This document shows positions 10,200-21,650 of a DNA stretch of 64,000 bases, in pieces. The notes under the pieces were generated by a model. It searched no databases. It was given only the letters and a program-made list of their open reading frames with translations, and was not told the DNA's origin. Where the stretch lies: NCBI GenBank assembly GCA_963422375.2, contig OY729428.2, forward strand, positions 2,976,001-3,040,000, given 5' to 3'. The stretch is from Bryobacterales bacterium (GTDB lineage Bacteria > Acidobacteriota > Terriglobia > Bryobacterales > UBA6623). Numbering within the stretch: position 1 is the stretch's first letter; each line of letters opens with the position of its first letter. A program made the position numbers and the translations under genes.

Positions 10200-10715
10200 G
10201 CTGAAGTCGACGATTCGCACTCCGACCCGCTGCCCGGGAGGCGTGTCCGCCGACGATGCCGCATACAGCGATTCCAGCATCCTGCCGCAGCTGCTCGTCC
10301 GGCTCTCGGAGTCGATCCATCTCTCATCTCTCGTTCGCGGTCAGCTGCACGGCCCCTCCCCCGAAATCGTTGACCTCGGTGAAGAATGGGAATCCGATTA
10401 TCCTGTCAGCTACCCGATTCATCTCGTCCACGCCGCGGGATGGTGCTTCGAATCGCGCCTCGGGCGGAAGCGCCATCCTGCCCGGACGGGCCAGCGAATC
10501 GTGGATCCAGCCCGTTTTCTTCCCGTCCGGGCCGACTTCCACGTAGCTCCACTAGCCGAGGTGCTTCAGCTCGATCAGGTCGTGCCCGTCCCCGAGCCGC
10601 TCCGAACATTGACGCCTCAACCCCGCGCGCGGAGATTGCGACCGCGCCTAGCTAGTGCGAGCCGGCAGGCGGCAGCCGCTAGGAGGACTAGCGCCGCGAT
10701 CCTTGGTCGACTCAT
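10200..10715 (-). pseudogene. Decayed secreted SH3-domain protein (3' boundary approximate)
   Basis: Signal peptide MSRPRIAALVLLAAAAC, then GVNVRSGSGTG and LG*WSYVEVGPDGKKTGWIHDSL (bacterial SH3 hallmarks) across frames with stops. Confidence 0.6.
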
Positions 10716-10991
10716 GGGACACGCGGTTTCCGCCGTCCCGGCCGTCGCGCAACGCGGATCGGTTGCGCTCCGCGCGACAGCGCCTCTGCGGAATCGCGTC
10801 GCGAGGCATGGGCCGGGCGCACGCTCCGAACGCGGCGCGCCCAATGCTCGCGAACATCGGGACGCCTGCCGAAGGCGGCGGCCTCGGGGCACCGGGCCGA
10901 CGCGACGGTATCCGCTCGTGGTTCGCGTCCCCAATCGCCCCGCTGCGAGCCGAATTTCCCTCGGCCTAGCCGATTTTCTGGCGGACCGGCA

Positions 10992-11020
10992 TTGACCACC
11001 CTGCGGAAACGGGGTAGTGT
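10992..11020 (+). promoter_or_regulatory. Sigma70-like promoter of the TonB-dependent receptor
   Basis: TTGACC-17 nt-TAGTGT, ~140 nt upstream of ATG 11159, which has a GAGGAG SD. Confidence 0.6.
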
Positions 11021-11158
11021 CGGACTGCCAGCCGGGGATCCGGGCGCGAGCGCCCATTCCAGTCTGCGACGCGTGGGGCCCGCAGCTGGCCGGCGGAGGG
11101 CCCGCTTGCCCTCAGGGACGGAAGTTCCGTCTCGTCAGTCCAGCGAGGAGCGCCCGCG

Positions 11159-14100
11159 ATGCAGAAGTTTCTGTTCTTGACAGTAGCCTTGGCCGTCCTG
11201 GCGGCTGCTTTCCTCTGCTCGCCCGAGAGCAGCGCGCAAGTCACCTTCGCCAGCCTCACCGGGCTGGTGACCGATCCCGGCGGGGCCGTCATGCCGGGCG
11301 CCGAAGTCGAGCTGACCAACACCGACACAGGGGAGGAGCGCGTGACGTCGACCGGGGAGACCGGCCGCTTCACGATGTCCCAGCTCAAGGCGGGCACCTA
11401 CGACCTCGCGGTCGAGTCCGCCGGCTTCAAGCGCTTCCTGCAGGTGAACATCCGCCTGCAGGGCAGCCAAGACGCGGAGATCAACGCGTCGCTCGAGCTG
11501 GGCGAGGTCACCGAGACGGTCGAAGTCACCGCCCAGGCCGTGCTGCTCGACACGCAGTCGGCCAACCAGACCAGCGATCTCAACACCGAGGAAATCACCC
11601 AGCTCCCGCTGAACTTCCGCAACCCGCTCCTGCTCGTCCACGCCAACGCAGGAGTCATGTCGGCCTTCCAGAACGCAGGGCGGCGGGCGGTCCAGGACCG
11701 CTTCAACGATCAGGAAATGGCACTGTTTTCGATGAACGGCGGCCGCGAGGCCAGCAACACGATTACGATCGACGGAGTGAGCAACAAGGGCGGCGCCGGC
11801 GACTGGGGCGCGAACTTCGGCACGCCGTCCGTCGACTCAGTGCAGGAAATGCAGATCTCGCGCAACACCTACGACGCGCAGTACGGCCGTGTCGGCAACG
11901 GCGTCGTGAGTATCGTCACCAAGGGCGGCGGCGACCAGTACCACGGCAACTTGTTCTGGTTCCACCGCAATGACAACCTCGACTCCAACGAGTGGAGGCG
12001 CAACCGAACCGGCACGCCCAAGCCCGAGTTCAAGCGCAACTAGTACGGCCTGAACGTCTCGGGCCCGATCGGGAAGCGGCAGCGCATCTACTTCCAGTTC
12101 GGTGTCGAATCGATGCGCCAGCCGGCCTCCTCCTCCACCAACCTGACCGTGCCGGCCGAGCTGGAGCGGAACGGAGACTTCAGCGAGAGCCGCAACCGGG
12201 ACGGCTCGCTGCAAGAGATCTATGACCCGTTCACGACGAGGAAGAATCCCGACGGCGACGGGTTCATCCGCGACCGGCTCGCAGGTAACGTGGTCCCGGC
12301 GTCGCGGACGGACCCGATCGCACGGAACCTGGTCACCTTCATCCCCGGCCCGAACGTGCCCGGAGTCGCAGTGACCAACGCGCTCAACTTCTTCAAGACC
12401 TCCCCGGCGAACCTCAAGCAGGACCGCTGGGACGGGCGGACAGACATCGCCGCGACGTCCAAGTACAGCACGTTCTTCCGGGTGACCCGCATATTCTGCT
12501 GATCAACCACCAAGCCCGGTTCTTCAACAATGCCGCCGACATGGGCTTCCTCAACGACCAGCCCTTCTACAGCCTCAGCGTGAACAACACCTACGTGGCC
12601 AGCCCGAACTGGGTTATCAACTTCAACGCGGGCTCGGGAGGCGGACACCGCACCGCAAACCTGATCAGCATGTCGGAAGGGGTGGGACTGGAGGATCTCG
12701 GCTACTCGTCGGGATACGCCGAGCAGTTCGAGAACCGCGACTTCGGGCAGTACAACATCGGCGAGCACCTCACGCTAGGACGGACCCGGTTCTTCGGCAA
12801 CATCCGTCGGACGCACTCCGGCGGAATCACTGTCGCCAACGAGCGTGGCAACCACTCGCTCAAGTTCGGGTACAACATCGAGTTCCAGCGCCAGAACTTC
12901 TTCGATCGGCGCACGCAGTCGCTGGGATTCGGGCGAGGCCCGACGACCGGGCCGGTGGCGGCAGGCAACTCCAGCGTGGTCGGCAATTCGATGGCGTCGC
13001 TGCTACTCGGCGTCGGCGGGGGCTCGGCGCGCCTCTCGGCCGATCCGGCCAAGTAGAACGTGTACATGGGCTGGTACGCCCAAGACACGTGGCGGGCGAC
13101 CCCGAAGCTGACCTTGGTGCCAGGGCTGCGCTACGAGCTGCAGTACGGGCGCACGGAGCGGTACAACCGGCAAGGCCACTTCGACTACGCCGCGACCAGC
13201 CCGACCAACGAGCTTGTCCCCGGACTGGATCTTCGCGGCGGCTTCCGCTTTTCCGACGACAGCAACCGCAACCTGACTGCTCTCGACACCAAGGACCGGG
13301 CGCCGCGGATCGGACTGAGCTACAAGCTCACCGACAGGCTCGTGCTGCGCTCGGGATACGGCATCTCGTACTCGCAGGCCATCGTGGACGACGCCATCAC
13401 CGGCATGCCCGGCTACGACCGGAGCACACCCTGGGTCCTGAACCCAGACGGGGAGGTCCAGGTCAACCTGCTGAGCAATCCGTTCCCGAACGGACTGTCC
13501 CAGCCTACCGGCAGCGCGGACGGGCTGCTGACGCAACTGGGCCTCAACATCCAAGCATGGCGCCACAACAACCCGACCCCCTACCTGCAGAGCTACAGCC
13601 TCGACCTGCAATACGAGCTGGGACGGGAAACGGTCTTCGACATCGGCTATACCGGCAACACGGGCCGCAAGTACTCGTTCGGCGCGAGCCGCAACATGAA
13701 CCAAGTGCATTCGCAGTTCCTGCGCGAAGGGCTGGCCCTGAACAACCGCGTTCCCAACCCCTTCCACGGTGTGCTGACCGCCGGGCCGAATACCGGAGAG
13801 ACGACTCCGAGGCACCGCCTGCTAAGGCTGTTCCCGCACTTCAACGCAGTCGGCACGCCGCGCAGCGACAAGGGCGCGTCGTCGCGCTTCAACGCGCTCT
13901 ACACGAAATTCACCCGGCGCTTCTCGGAAGGCCTGACGATCCTTACCAGCTACCAGTGGTCCAAGACCAGGGACAACGCCTCCGAGGACCAGGGCTGGTT
14001 CGTGAGCGACGGCTTGCGCGACCAATTCGACCTCAATGCCGACTACTCGATCAGCGCGCACGACATCCCCCATGACTTCGTCACCAACCTGATCTGGGAG

Positions 14101-14625
14101 ATTCCCGTGGGGCGGGACGGGGCCGTCGGCAGCAACATGTCGAAAGCGCTGGACGCGGTGATCGGGGGCTGGCAGGTCTCGGGCATCGTGCGGTTCGGCT
14201 CGGGCGTGCCGATCAACGTCCGAGCACCGAACACGCTCGGAGTCTACGGATACTCGGTGAAACGCACGAATATCACGAGCGAAGAAGCGGTCAAGCTCGG
14301 CAATCCGACGCCGGAACGCTGGTTCAACACCGACGCGTTCTCCGCGCCCGGCCAGTTCGAAATCGGGCGGGCGCCGCGGTACTTCGGCACTCTGCGCAAC
14401 CGGATTAACACGAACGGAGACATCTCGCTCAGCAAGTTCTTCGAATTCACGGAGACGTTTCGAGCCCAGCTGAGAGGCGAGTTCTTCAATATCACCAACA
14501 CGCCGACCTTCGGCCTGCCGACGGCCGGCGGCCAGGTGACATTGGGATCGGGTGCGTTCGGCACCGTGAATCGAAGCTTCCGGCCTCCGCGGCAGATCCA
14601 GCTGGCGCTGAGACTGATGTTCTGA
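11159..14625 (+). pseudogene. TonB-dependent receptor (carboxypeptidase-regulatory N-domain) pseudogene
   Basis: Continuous homology to the intact paralogs, ending QLALRLMF; TAG at 12041 and 13054 plus a frameshift at ~12490-12500. Confidence 0.9.
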
Positions 14626-14814
14626 AGTCCGGGCCGGGCCTCTCCCGGGACGTTCACGAAGCAACGAGACCCTACGTTGATTCGCCTGTCCGGCGCGCCA
14701 CGCAGCATGAGACTGTGCCTGCGAGAAGAATCCGGGCATCGGCAACGAATCCGCCCGAGACGCTCGCATTCTCTCGCCGAATGGCCCTGCGAGCCTAGCC
14801 GGAGCTCGGCCTCC

Positions 14815-15639
14815 CTATGGGGAGACCAAGAGGTCCACTGCCTCCGCAAGCCATCCCGACTGCCAGTGGTGCTGGCGCTGGGGGCCGTCCCGGTAGACGT
14901 GAGGGATCCCCAAACCGACGAGCATCTCATGGATCTGGATGTGGTGGGGCCGGAACGAACTGGCATACCCAGTGAGGACAAGGCGGGGTCGCTGCCGGAG
15001 CAAGCTCGCTCTCGCTTGAATCAGACTTGTAATGCGGTAGTGCGCGAAGTTGTCCTGGCTGCCGAAAACGGGTGCCATGCCAAACTTGCTGGGAGCGTCC
15101 TGCATGAGCGGGGCATCCCACGCGGCCGCCCTGTCAAAGACATCAGGGTGTCTGAGCAGCAGTGACCAAGCGCCCCATCCTGACTTGGAAAAGCCGACAA
15201 GCAGTCGCCCGTCCGGCGTCCGCTTGACTGCGTATTTCGCCTCGACCAAGGGCAGCACGTCTTTCAGCAGGTAGCTCTCCTGCTGAAGGGCCGGGTCGGA
15301 AGGATGGTCGGCGTACCACGGCAGATCCGAGAACGTTGGCAGGACGACGAGCAGATCGTGACGGTCGGCTAGCTGCAATCTGCGGACCTCCTCGACAGGG
15401 TCACCCCATCGAGTTTCTGCACCTGCCTCGACCGGCAGCACGTAGATGGCTCGCCAAGGACCGGCTGGCGTATCCGCTGCGGGGGTGAAGACCCGGATTA
15501 GGGTCTCGCCTGCTTGTCGCGGGCTCCGCAGGGAGTGGATGTACTCCTCCGCATGCGCAACCCACGATGCGAGGAAGCAGAGGACCAGCAACAGGAACCG
15601 TCCGTTGGCTCCGCCATGCGGCAGTCGACGTACAATCAT
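14815..15639 (-). CDS. Secreted esterase, alpha/beta fold
   Basis: Signal peptide, GFSKSGWGA nucleophile elbow, C-terminal HHWQSGW. Confidence 0.82.
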   Translation of the reverse strand: MIVRRLPHGGANGRFLLLVLCFLASWVAHAEEYIHSLRSPRQAGETLIRVFTPAADTPAGPWRAIYVLPVEAGAETRWGDPVEEVRRLQLADRHDLLVVLPTFSDLPWYADHPSDPALQQESYLLKDVLPLVEAKYAVKRTPDGRLLVGFSKSGWGAWSLLLRHPDVFDRAAAWDAPLMQDAPSKFGMAPVFGSQDNFAHYRITSLIQARASLLRQRPRLVLTGYASSFRPHHIQIHEMLVGLGIPHVYRDGPQRQHHWQSGWLAEAVDLLVSP

Positions 15640-16296
15640 GCTCTTTCCTCCCGATCCGCGGGATGCCCTCGGGGCTTGTCGACCTTGGCGAGGCACCTAG
15701 TATCGCGCTGCCGCTCCGAATCGAGGCTCGCCGGGAGTCGGGACTCGCTGTCGGGACAGATCGTGGCGTGCGATGGCACCGCAGCCGTGCGCTCGCAGCC
15801 AGATTCCGCTGAGAGACAGCGCCGCAGAGTCCGGATTCAGGCGCGAGCTGTGGACCGGTCCTAGCTCGGCCAGGCTCCGGACCGAGCTAGGGGCCGCGCC
15901 GCTGGGGCCAAGTCTGGCCGCAGAATCCGGACGGCACGTGCGCCTCGCTCCGCGCCGCGCGCCGAGCCAGCGGCTCGCGAACATCCGCTTGGCGAGGCAC
16001 CTTGTCGAACTGAGCCGCCTCCGAGAGGCCGTCCACCATCTCCCCGAGACACTGAAGCCCGACGACGAGGGCGCGCCCGCGTTTCGGATACGCGCTCACG
16101 GATGCCCCATTCGGCGCTGGCAGCTTGGCTAGGCGGCTCGCTACCTGAGTGACGGCGGAGTGCAGCTCGACCGGCAGCCAGGCCGGCCGGCCTCGGCCAA
16201 CGCTTTGCGCGCAAACTTCGAGGCGGTCGAGTTTCGCCGCTAGCCGCCGGCCGCGTCGCAGGGACTCCCGGTGGCGGCCGGCGGCTCTTGCGGCCG

Positions 16297-19200
16297 TCAG
16301 AAGATGAGCTTCATCCCGAACTGGAGCTGGCGGGCCGGACAGCATTCCATGGTCGACGAAATCTGGCCTGCCGGGGGCCGGTTGACCGTGCCGTTTGGGA
16401 AATTGAAATGCGCCTCGTTGAACACATTGAAGATCTCGGTGCGGAAGTCCAGGGTCAGGCGCTCCGTCAGATCGAAGGTGCGAGAAATCATCACGTCAAG
16501 GTTCACGAGGCCCGGTCCTTCGATAATCCATGCGGCGGAATTGCCGAACGTGTATCGTGCCGGCACTTCGAACGCACCGACATCGAACCAGCGCTCCGGC
16601 GTCCGCTGGCTGCGCGGCAGATTGCCGTCGCGGACTCGATTGGGTCTTTGGCCGCCGCTGGTATTAGCGGGGTTGCCGGCGACGGAGGGGCTCAGGGGCA
16701 AACCGCGCTGCGCCTCGAAGATCGGCGAGAACTGCCAGCCGCCGATGATGCGGGATAACGGGCCCCGAGTGGCGAACTTGCGCCCGTTCCCGAACGGCAG
16801 GTCCCACACGCTAGCGAGGAAGAAGCGCTGGGGCAGGTGCTGGCTCGAGATCGTCTTCTCTGGAGCGAGGTGCCAGTAGCTGGTCCGCTGGCCGAGCTGC
16901 TTGGCGAGTGTCTTGCTCCACGTGTACCCGCTCAGGATCGAGAAGCCCTTGTTGAAGCGGCGCTCGAACTTCGCCTCGAGGCCTTGGTAATTCGCGCCCC
17001 CCACCGCCGGATTCGTGTTGATGTTGGCGAACTGCGGAAACCACCTCCGAGGATTGTTGGGCCCCGCTCCGGGCTCGGGTTGGTTCAAGTTCGCCGCCGA
17101 TTCCGTACGGACCGTGTTTGATCCCACGTAGGCGAACGAAACCAGGGAGTTTCCCGGCAGCGTCTGCTGGATGTTGAGATTCCACTGGTTGGTCGTCCCG
17201 TTCGGGAGGCTGAACGGCCACACGCCAACGAGCGACCGGCCTGTGATCACCTCGGGATTGAGAGCGTCGGGCGGCACGCCATCGCGGATCACGACGTTGG
17301 AGGTTGCGCTGGCAGCGTTGGTCGGAACGTCGTTCTGGAGGTAAAAGGGCGGATTGGCCGTCGGGTCGGCAAGGACCGGAAGCCTGAACGTTGCTACGTA
17401 GAAGACTCCGTAGCCGGCTCGAATCACCGTCTTGTCGGTCGCTTGGAATGCGAAGCCGATCCTCGGGCCCCAGTCATTCAAATCCCGCCGTCGGAACGAC
17501 CGCCCCTCCACACCGCTGCTGGGACCCACTAGCGTGCCGAATCGCGAGTCGTCCGGATCGATGATGAAGTTCATCGCGCGGTCGTTCTGCTCGACATAGG
17601 GCGACTGGTACTCGTAGCGGATTCCCAAGTTCAAGGTAAGCCTCGGGGTGACCTTCCAGTTGTCCTGGATGTATGTCTCGTACGCGTAGCCGTGCCGACG
17701 GATGTTCAGGGGCGTGCTGAATCTCATGTTGCTCGTGAGACCGAGCAGGCCGTCAGCGATAGCGTCTCCGCCACCGCGGACGCCAGCGACTGACCGCGTG
17801 TACTGGTTGTTGAACCAGAATCGCCCCCGGGCGAAGTTCGTGATTCCGGACCAGCGGACGAAATTGCGGATGTTGGCTCCCATCTTCAGCGAATGGTTGC
17901 CCTTGGACATGGAGAAGCTCTCGACGATTTGACGGACGTCCTGCTTGCGCGGGTCGGGCGCGAAGTTGCGGTCGCCGATGTTCTGGTAGCCGGACACGGT
18001 ATACGAGGGCAATCCCATGATGTCGTCCCGGTCGAAGAGCCCCTTGAAGCCGAACTCCTTCCAGAGCGGATCCCTGGTAGGCGTGTCGATACCTCCCACG
18101 AGGCGGTTGTAGGCGAACCGTACCTCGTTGACCATGGTCCCGCCGACCGTCGCGGTCCAGTTCAGGACGCCTGTCTTGGCCCGCGAAAAGCGCACAGCCG
18201 TGTTGCCACCGCTGGCAGGCAGAGGCAGGCTACCCGGTTCCAAGCGGTCGAAGTTGAGATAGCTGAAGCGGGCGAAAATGGTGTGATTGGTTGTCGCTCG
18301 CCAGTCGAAGCGGGTGTCGATCTTGTCGTCGTCCCGGTTGCGCGACGGATTGAAGACGTAGTTCTGTCGGCCGCCCCGATTGGGCTCCGGGTAGAGCCCG
18401 ATCAGACGGGAAGAGACCGGATCGATCCGGTTGGGCGGGAGCCGATCATTCTCGAACCGCGTGCGGGAGCCGTCTTCCGCCTGGGACGCTGGGTCGGAGA
18501 TGCTCGCGGTGCCCGCGAAGTCCCCCCCGATTTGGGCCGGCGTCGGGATGATGCTCAGCCGCGTGAGCTTCTCGCGGATCCTCGTTCCTTCGTAGCTGCC
18601 GAAATAGAACATCCGGTCCTTCACCAGCGGTCCGCCGAACGTCGCGCCGAACTGATTCTGGCGGAAAGGCGGCCTGGGCCGCCCGCTGTTGAAGAAGTTA
18701 TTGGCGTCGAGGGTGTCGTTGCGGAGGAACTCGAATGCCGTGCCGTGGTAGTCGTTGGTTCCCGACTTGGTAGTGACCTGCACGATGGCACCGCCGCCGC
18801 GGCCGAACTCGGCGCCGTAGTTGTGCGTCTCCATCTTGAATTCCTGGATGGCGTCGATGGAGGGCTTTACGGCCTGATTGGATGCGACCACGACCCCGCT
18901 GAAGTAGTTGTTGTTGTCCGCTCCGTCGAGGGTGAACACGTTTTGATCGAAGCCCGCGCCGTTGACGCTGAAGGCGTCCTCGACGAAATTCTGCCGCCGA
19001 CTGGGCAGCACGCCGGCCGTCAGAACGGCGAGCTCCTGGTAGTTCCGCCCGTTCAATGGCATCTGCGTGATGGTCGTGTTCTCGATCGCCTGGCCGAGAC
19101 TGGAGGTCTCCGACTCGAGAAGCGGCAGCTCGGCGATCACCTCGACGGTCTCCGTCACGGAACCGACTTGGAGCTGCACGTCAACGCGGGCGCGGGAGCC

Positions 19201-19506
19201 CGCGTTGAGACCAAGATTCGGGCGGAATAGCGTCTGGAAGCCGTCGCTCGTTGCCGTGAGGTCGTAGTCGCCGACCGGCAGCGCGGTCAAGACGTAGTTT
19301 CCGGTTTCGTTGCTCTGCGTGTCGTACTCCAACCCGGTGTCTTGGTTGATCGCCTGAACCCGGGCACCAACGACGGCGGCTCCCGACGTGTCCGTGACCA
19401 GCCCCGTAATGGTAGCGGTGTCTGTCTGCGCCCAGACCGCTGGGGCGGCCACGAGAGCCGCGAGCGCTACGACCAAACGCGGCAGGTGCTTCAGTTTCGT
19501 ATTCAC
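16297..19506 (-). CDS. TonB-dependent receptor, intact
   Basis: 1069 aa; AGGAGG SD; signal peptide; PLNGRNY, TKSGTN, RQNQFGAT, LNLGIRYE; C-terminal Phe. Confidence 0.95.
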   Translation of the reverse strand: MNTKLKHLPRLVVALAALVAAPAVWAQTDTATITGLVTDTSGAAVVGARVQAINQDTGLEYDTQSNETGNYVLTALPVGDYDLTATSDGFQTLFRPNLGLNAGSRARVDVQLQVGSVTETVEVIAELPLLESETSSLGQAIENTTITQMPLNGRNYQELAVLTAGVLPSRRQNFVEDAFSVNGAGFDQNVFTLDGADNNNYFSGVVVASNQAVKPSIDAIQEFKMETHNYGAEFGRGGGAIVQVTTKSGTNDYHGTAFEFLRNDTLDANNFFNSGRPRPPFRQNQFGATFGGPLVKDRMFYFGSYEGTRIREKLTRLSIIPTPAQIGGDFAGTASISDPASQAEDGSRTRFENDRLPPNRIDPVSSRLIGLYPEPNRGGRQNYVFNPSRNRDDDKIDTRFDWRATTNHTIFARFSYLNFDRLEPGSLPLPASGGNTAVRFSRAKTGVLNWTATVGGTMVNEVRFAYNRLVGGIDTPTRDPLWKEFGFKGLFDRDDIMGLPSYTVSGYQNIGDRNFAPDPRKQDVRQIVESFSMSKGNHSLKMGANIRNFVRWSGITNFARGRFWFNNQYTRSVAGVRGGGDAIADGLLGLTSNMRFSTPLNIRRHGYAYETYIQDNWKVTPRLTLNLGIRYEYQSPYVEQNDRAMNFIIDPDDSRFGTLVGPSSGVEGRSFRRRDLNDWGPRIGFAFQATDKTVIRAGYGVFYVATFRLPVLADPTANPPFYLQNDVPTNAASATSNVVIRDGVPPDALNPEVITGRSLVGVWPFSLPNGTTNQWNLNIQQTLPGNSLVSFAYVGSNTVRTESAANLNQPEPGAGPNNPRRWFPQFANINTNPAVGGANYQGLEAKFERRFNKGFSILSGYTWSKTLAKQLGQRTSYWHLAPEKTISSQHLPQRFFLASVWDLPFGNGRKFATRGPLSRIIGGWQFSPIFEAQRGLPLSPSVAGNPANTSGGQRPNRVRDGNLPRSQRTPERWFDVGAFEVPARYTFGNSAAWIIEGPGLVNLDVMISRTFDLTERLTLDFRTEIFNVFNEAHFNFPNGTVNRPPAGQISSTMECCPARQLQFGMKLIF

Positions 19507-19806
19507 GTTTCAATCCTCCTGTGCGGCTAGCAGGCCATTCCGGTGGCTCGGTGCCCAGGCACTTCAACCGAAAGCTGGCGAGAGCCGTCGCTCAACAATA
19601 TACGGGATGGGCTTCCGTCACCCGCGGATCACGCCCGTGTCTGGCACGACAGCGCCACCCGCCGCTAGGGCCGGTGTCCCGCTGCGCCGGCTGCGAGATT
19701 CCGACAGCCGAGTCGATGGAGTGGATGCGCGGCCGGGGCGGCAATCTCACCCGGACTCGGCCTGTCAGTGAGCCGCGTCGCGCCCTGCTCTTGTGACAGA
19801 AACGAC

Positions 19807-20055
19807 CATGCGGGCGCCGGCTGCACCCCGCCCCGCGTGCGATGCCGGGGTGCGGGCGCGGCGGCGTAGGCCGTACTTTCTTCGGCGGAGCCCTCGCGGC
19901 GACCCCGACCAGAAACGCGGCCGGAGCCGTCCCGTGCGAACACCGCAGTGCTTCCGCCGGCCGCCGTCGAGGCCGAGGAGGCAACTGAGCCCGGCCCGGC
20001 GGCCCGAGGAGCCTCCAAACGGTTCCCCGCCGCGCCCGGCAGCGGCCAACTCCCG
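19807..20055 (+). ncRNA. Candidate IS110 bridge RNA region (non-coding left end)
   Basis: ~250-nt leader between the element end and the recombinase SD (GGGAGG, 20058). Position matches known IS110 bridge RNAs; guide loops not identified. Confidence 0.4.
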
Positions 20056-20070
20056 GCAGGGAGGCGACGC

Positions 20071-21294
20071 TTGGACGAGGGATGCGGATGGAACGGAGGA
20101 CGGCCTGGAAAAGTTGCTGAGGGAATTGGCGGCATCGAAATCCACAAGATGGTGCTGACCCGCTCAGTGTCGGTCGGGGCCGACGGGGCTAGGTCGAGGC
20201 CCACACCCGCCCCAGCCGCACTTGCGGTTGCGGCCTGGACTAGTTCGCGCCTTGGGTGGCGGGCCTGTGCCCGGAGGGCGCGGTGATGGAGAGCACGGGG
20301 GTGTACCCGAAGAGCGTCGTGCGCGCCCTGCAGGACGCCGGCGTGGAGGTCTGGGTGGTCAACGCGCGGCACGTAGAGCGCGGGCCAGAGCGCAAGAAAG
20401 ACCTGTCCGACAGCCACTGGCTGGCGATCCCGGCGCGCTTCGGGCTGGTCAGCGAGAGCATCGAGCTCCTGCGCCCGCTGCGAGTTGCGACGCACGACGC
20501 GCCAGCGCGACGTGGTGTCGGAGCTGCGCAACCTGGGCGATCGCGTGCTGGACGAGGACGGCGTGCGCATCGGGGGCGTGCTGACGGACGAGTCGGGCGT
20601 CTCGGGCCGCAACCCGGTTGAGGGCCTGGTGCGCGGGGAGGACCCTCGGAGCCTGCTGGACGCCGCGAAGGGCGAGGCCCGCAGGAATAACCCGGAGCTG
20701 CCGGAGGCGCTGCACGGCGAACTGGAGCACGTCACGCACGAGACACTGACGCTGCTGGCGGGCCTGCTGGACGCCGCTGGGGAGGCTGTCAAGACGCTGG
20801 AAGCGGGCATTCTCGAGACGGTGCGGCGGGACCGGGAAGTGGTTTGGACTCTGCTGCAGACGCACCCGAGCATCGGCGCGGTGACGGCCGCGGCGAGGCT
20901 GGCGGAGATCGGCCCGGACATGAGCCAGTTCGGCGCGGCGACGGGCGAGCTGGGCGGGCATATGCCCAGGCAACCACGAGTCGGCCGGCAAGAGCCGCGG
21001 GGGCCGCAGGCGCAAGGGCAACGTGTGCGTGCGACACATCCTGTGCGAAATCGCCTACGAGGCAGCGCGCAAGAAGGACACGCAGTTCGGCGCGTGCAGG
21101 TGCGCCCTGACCGCGCGGCGGGGCACGCGGCGCACGGTCGTGGCGTGGGGCACAAGATCCTGCGCATCGCGTGGGCGATGCTGCGCGACGGCGCGCCCCA
21201 CCGCGATCCGGTCACGGACCCGGAAGCGCTGACGACTCGCAAGAACCTGTTCCGCTCGCTGCGGCTGGTGCGCCAAGCGGAGCTGCTGCCGTAG
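20071..21294 (+). pseudogene. IS110 recombinase pseudogene
   Basis: GIEIHK (GIDVHK-like), VMESTGVY, VVNARHV, KKDLSD, LAEIGPDMSQF, PGNHESAGK, HKILRIAWAML in shifting frames. Confidence 0.9.
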
Positions 21295-21395
21295 GTGGCG
21301 CGGCGCGTGCAGGAGGAGATTCCGCGGCGGCAGGCCGCACGCGAGAGGCGGCGGCTGGCCGCGTCCGGTCCGACTGTCGTCTTTCACTCTATCTA

Positions 21396-21650
21396 GTGCC
21401 TGTGACAAAACTCGTATCCCCTTGACAAAAAAGGCGTTAGGTCCAATCTCTCAAGGCGAAGATTTCACTGGAATGCTACGACTAGTCCGAAATCCTGCCA
21501 ATTCTGGGTAGAGCGCGGAAATCTTCGCGATTGGCGGCTGAGCAACTTCCGACCTTGGGCCCTATATGTTGTGTTTGGAGATCCATCCGACATCAGGATG
21601 TAGTATGAAATGCTGATCAGGCCAGAATTCAGGGGTTTTGTTACAAGCAC
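21396..21650. mobile_element. MITE-like element, ~255 bp, no transposase
   Basis: TIRs GTGCCTGTGACAAAACTC / GGGTTTTGTTACAAGCAC flanked by direct repeat TATCTA (21390-21395, 21651-21656); AT-rich interior. Confidence 0.75.

Larger units (their letters stand above)
19788..21390 (+). mobile_element. IS110-family element (boundaries inferred)
   Basis: CTCT at both junctions; imperfect subterminal IR GTGACAGAAACGAC (19793-19806) / GTCGTCTTTCAC (21376-21387); contains a DEDD recombinase. Confidence 0.75.

Noticed and set aside
12041..13056. TAG-to-Gln recoding or amber readthrough in the TonB-dependent receptor
   Set aside because: The same gene also has a frameshift, and essential genes (atpA, atpG, atpD, atpC) end at TAG at their expected positions.
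15686..16130. CTTGGCGAGGCACCT occurring twice, with a TPR-like fragment (NIRLARHLVELSRLREAVHHL)
   Set aside because: Only two short copies and too degraded to call; possibly a pseudogene remnant, not an array.
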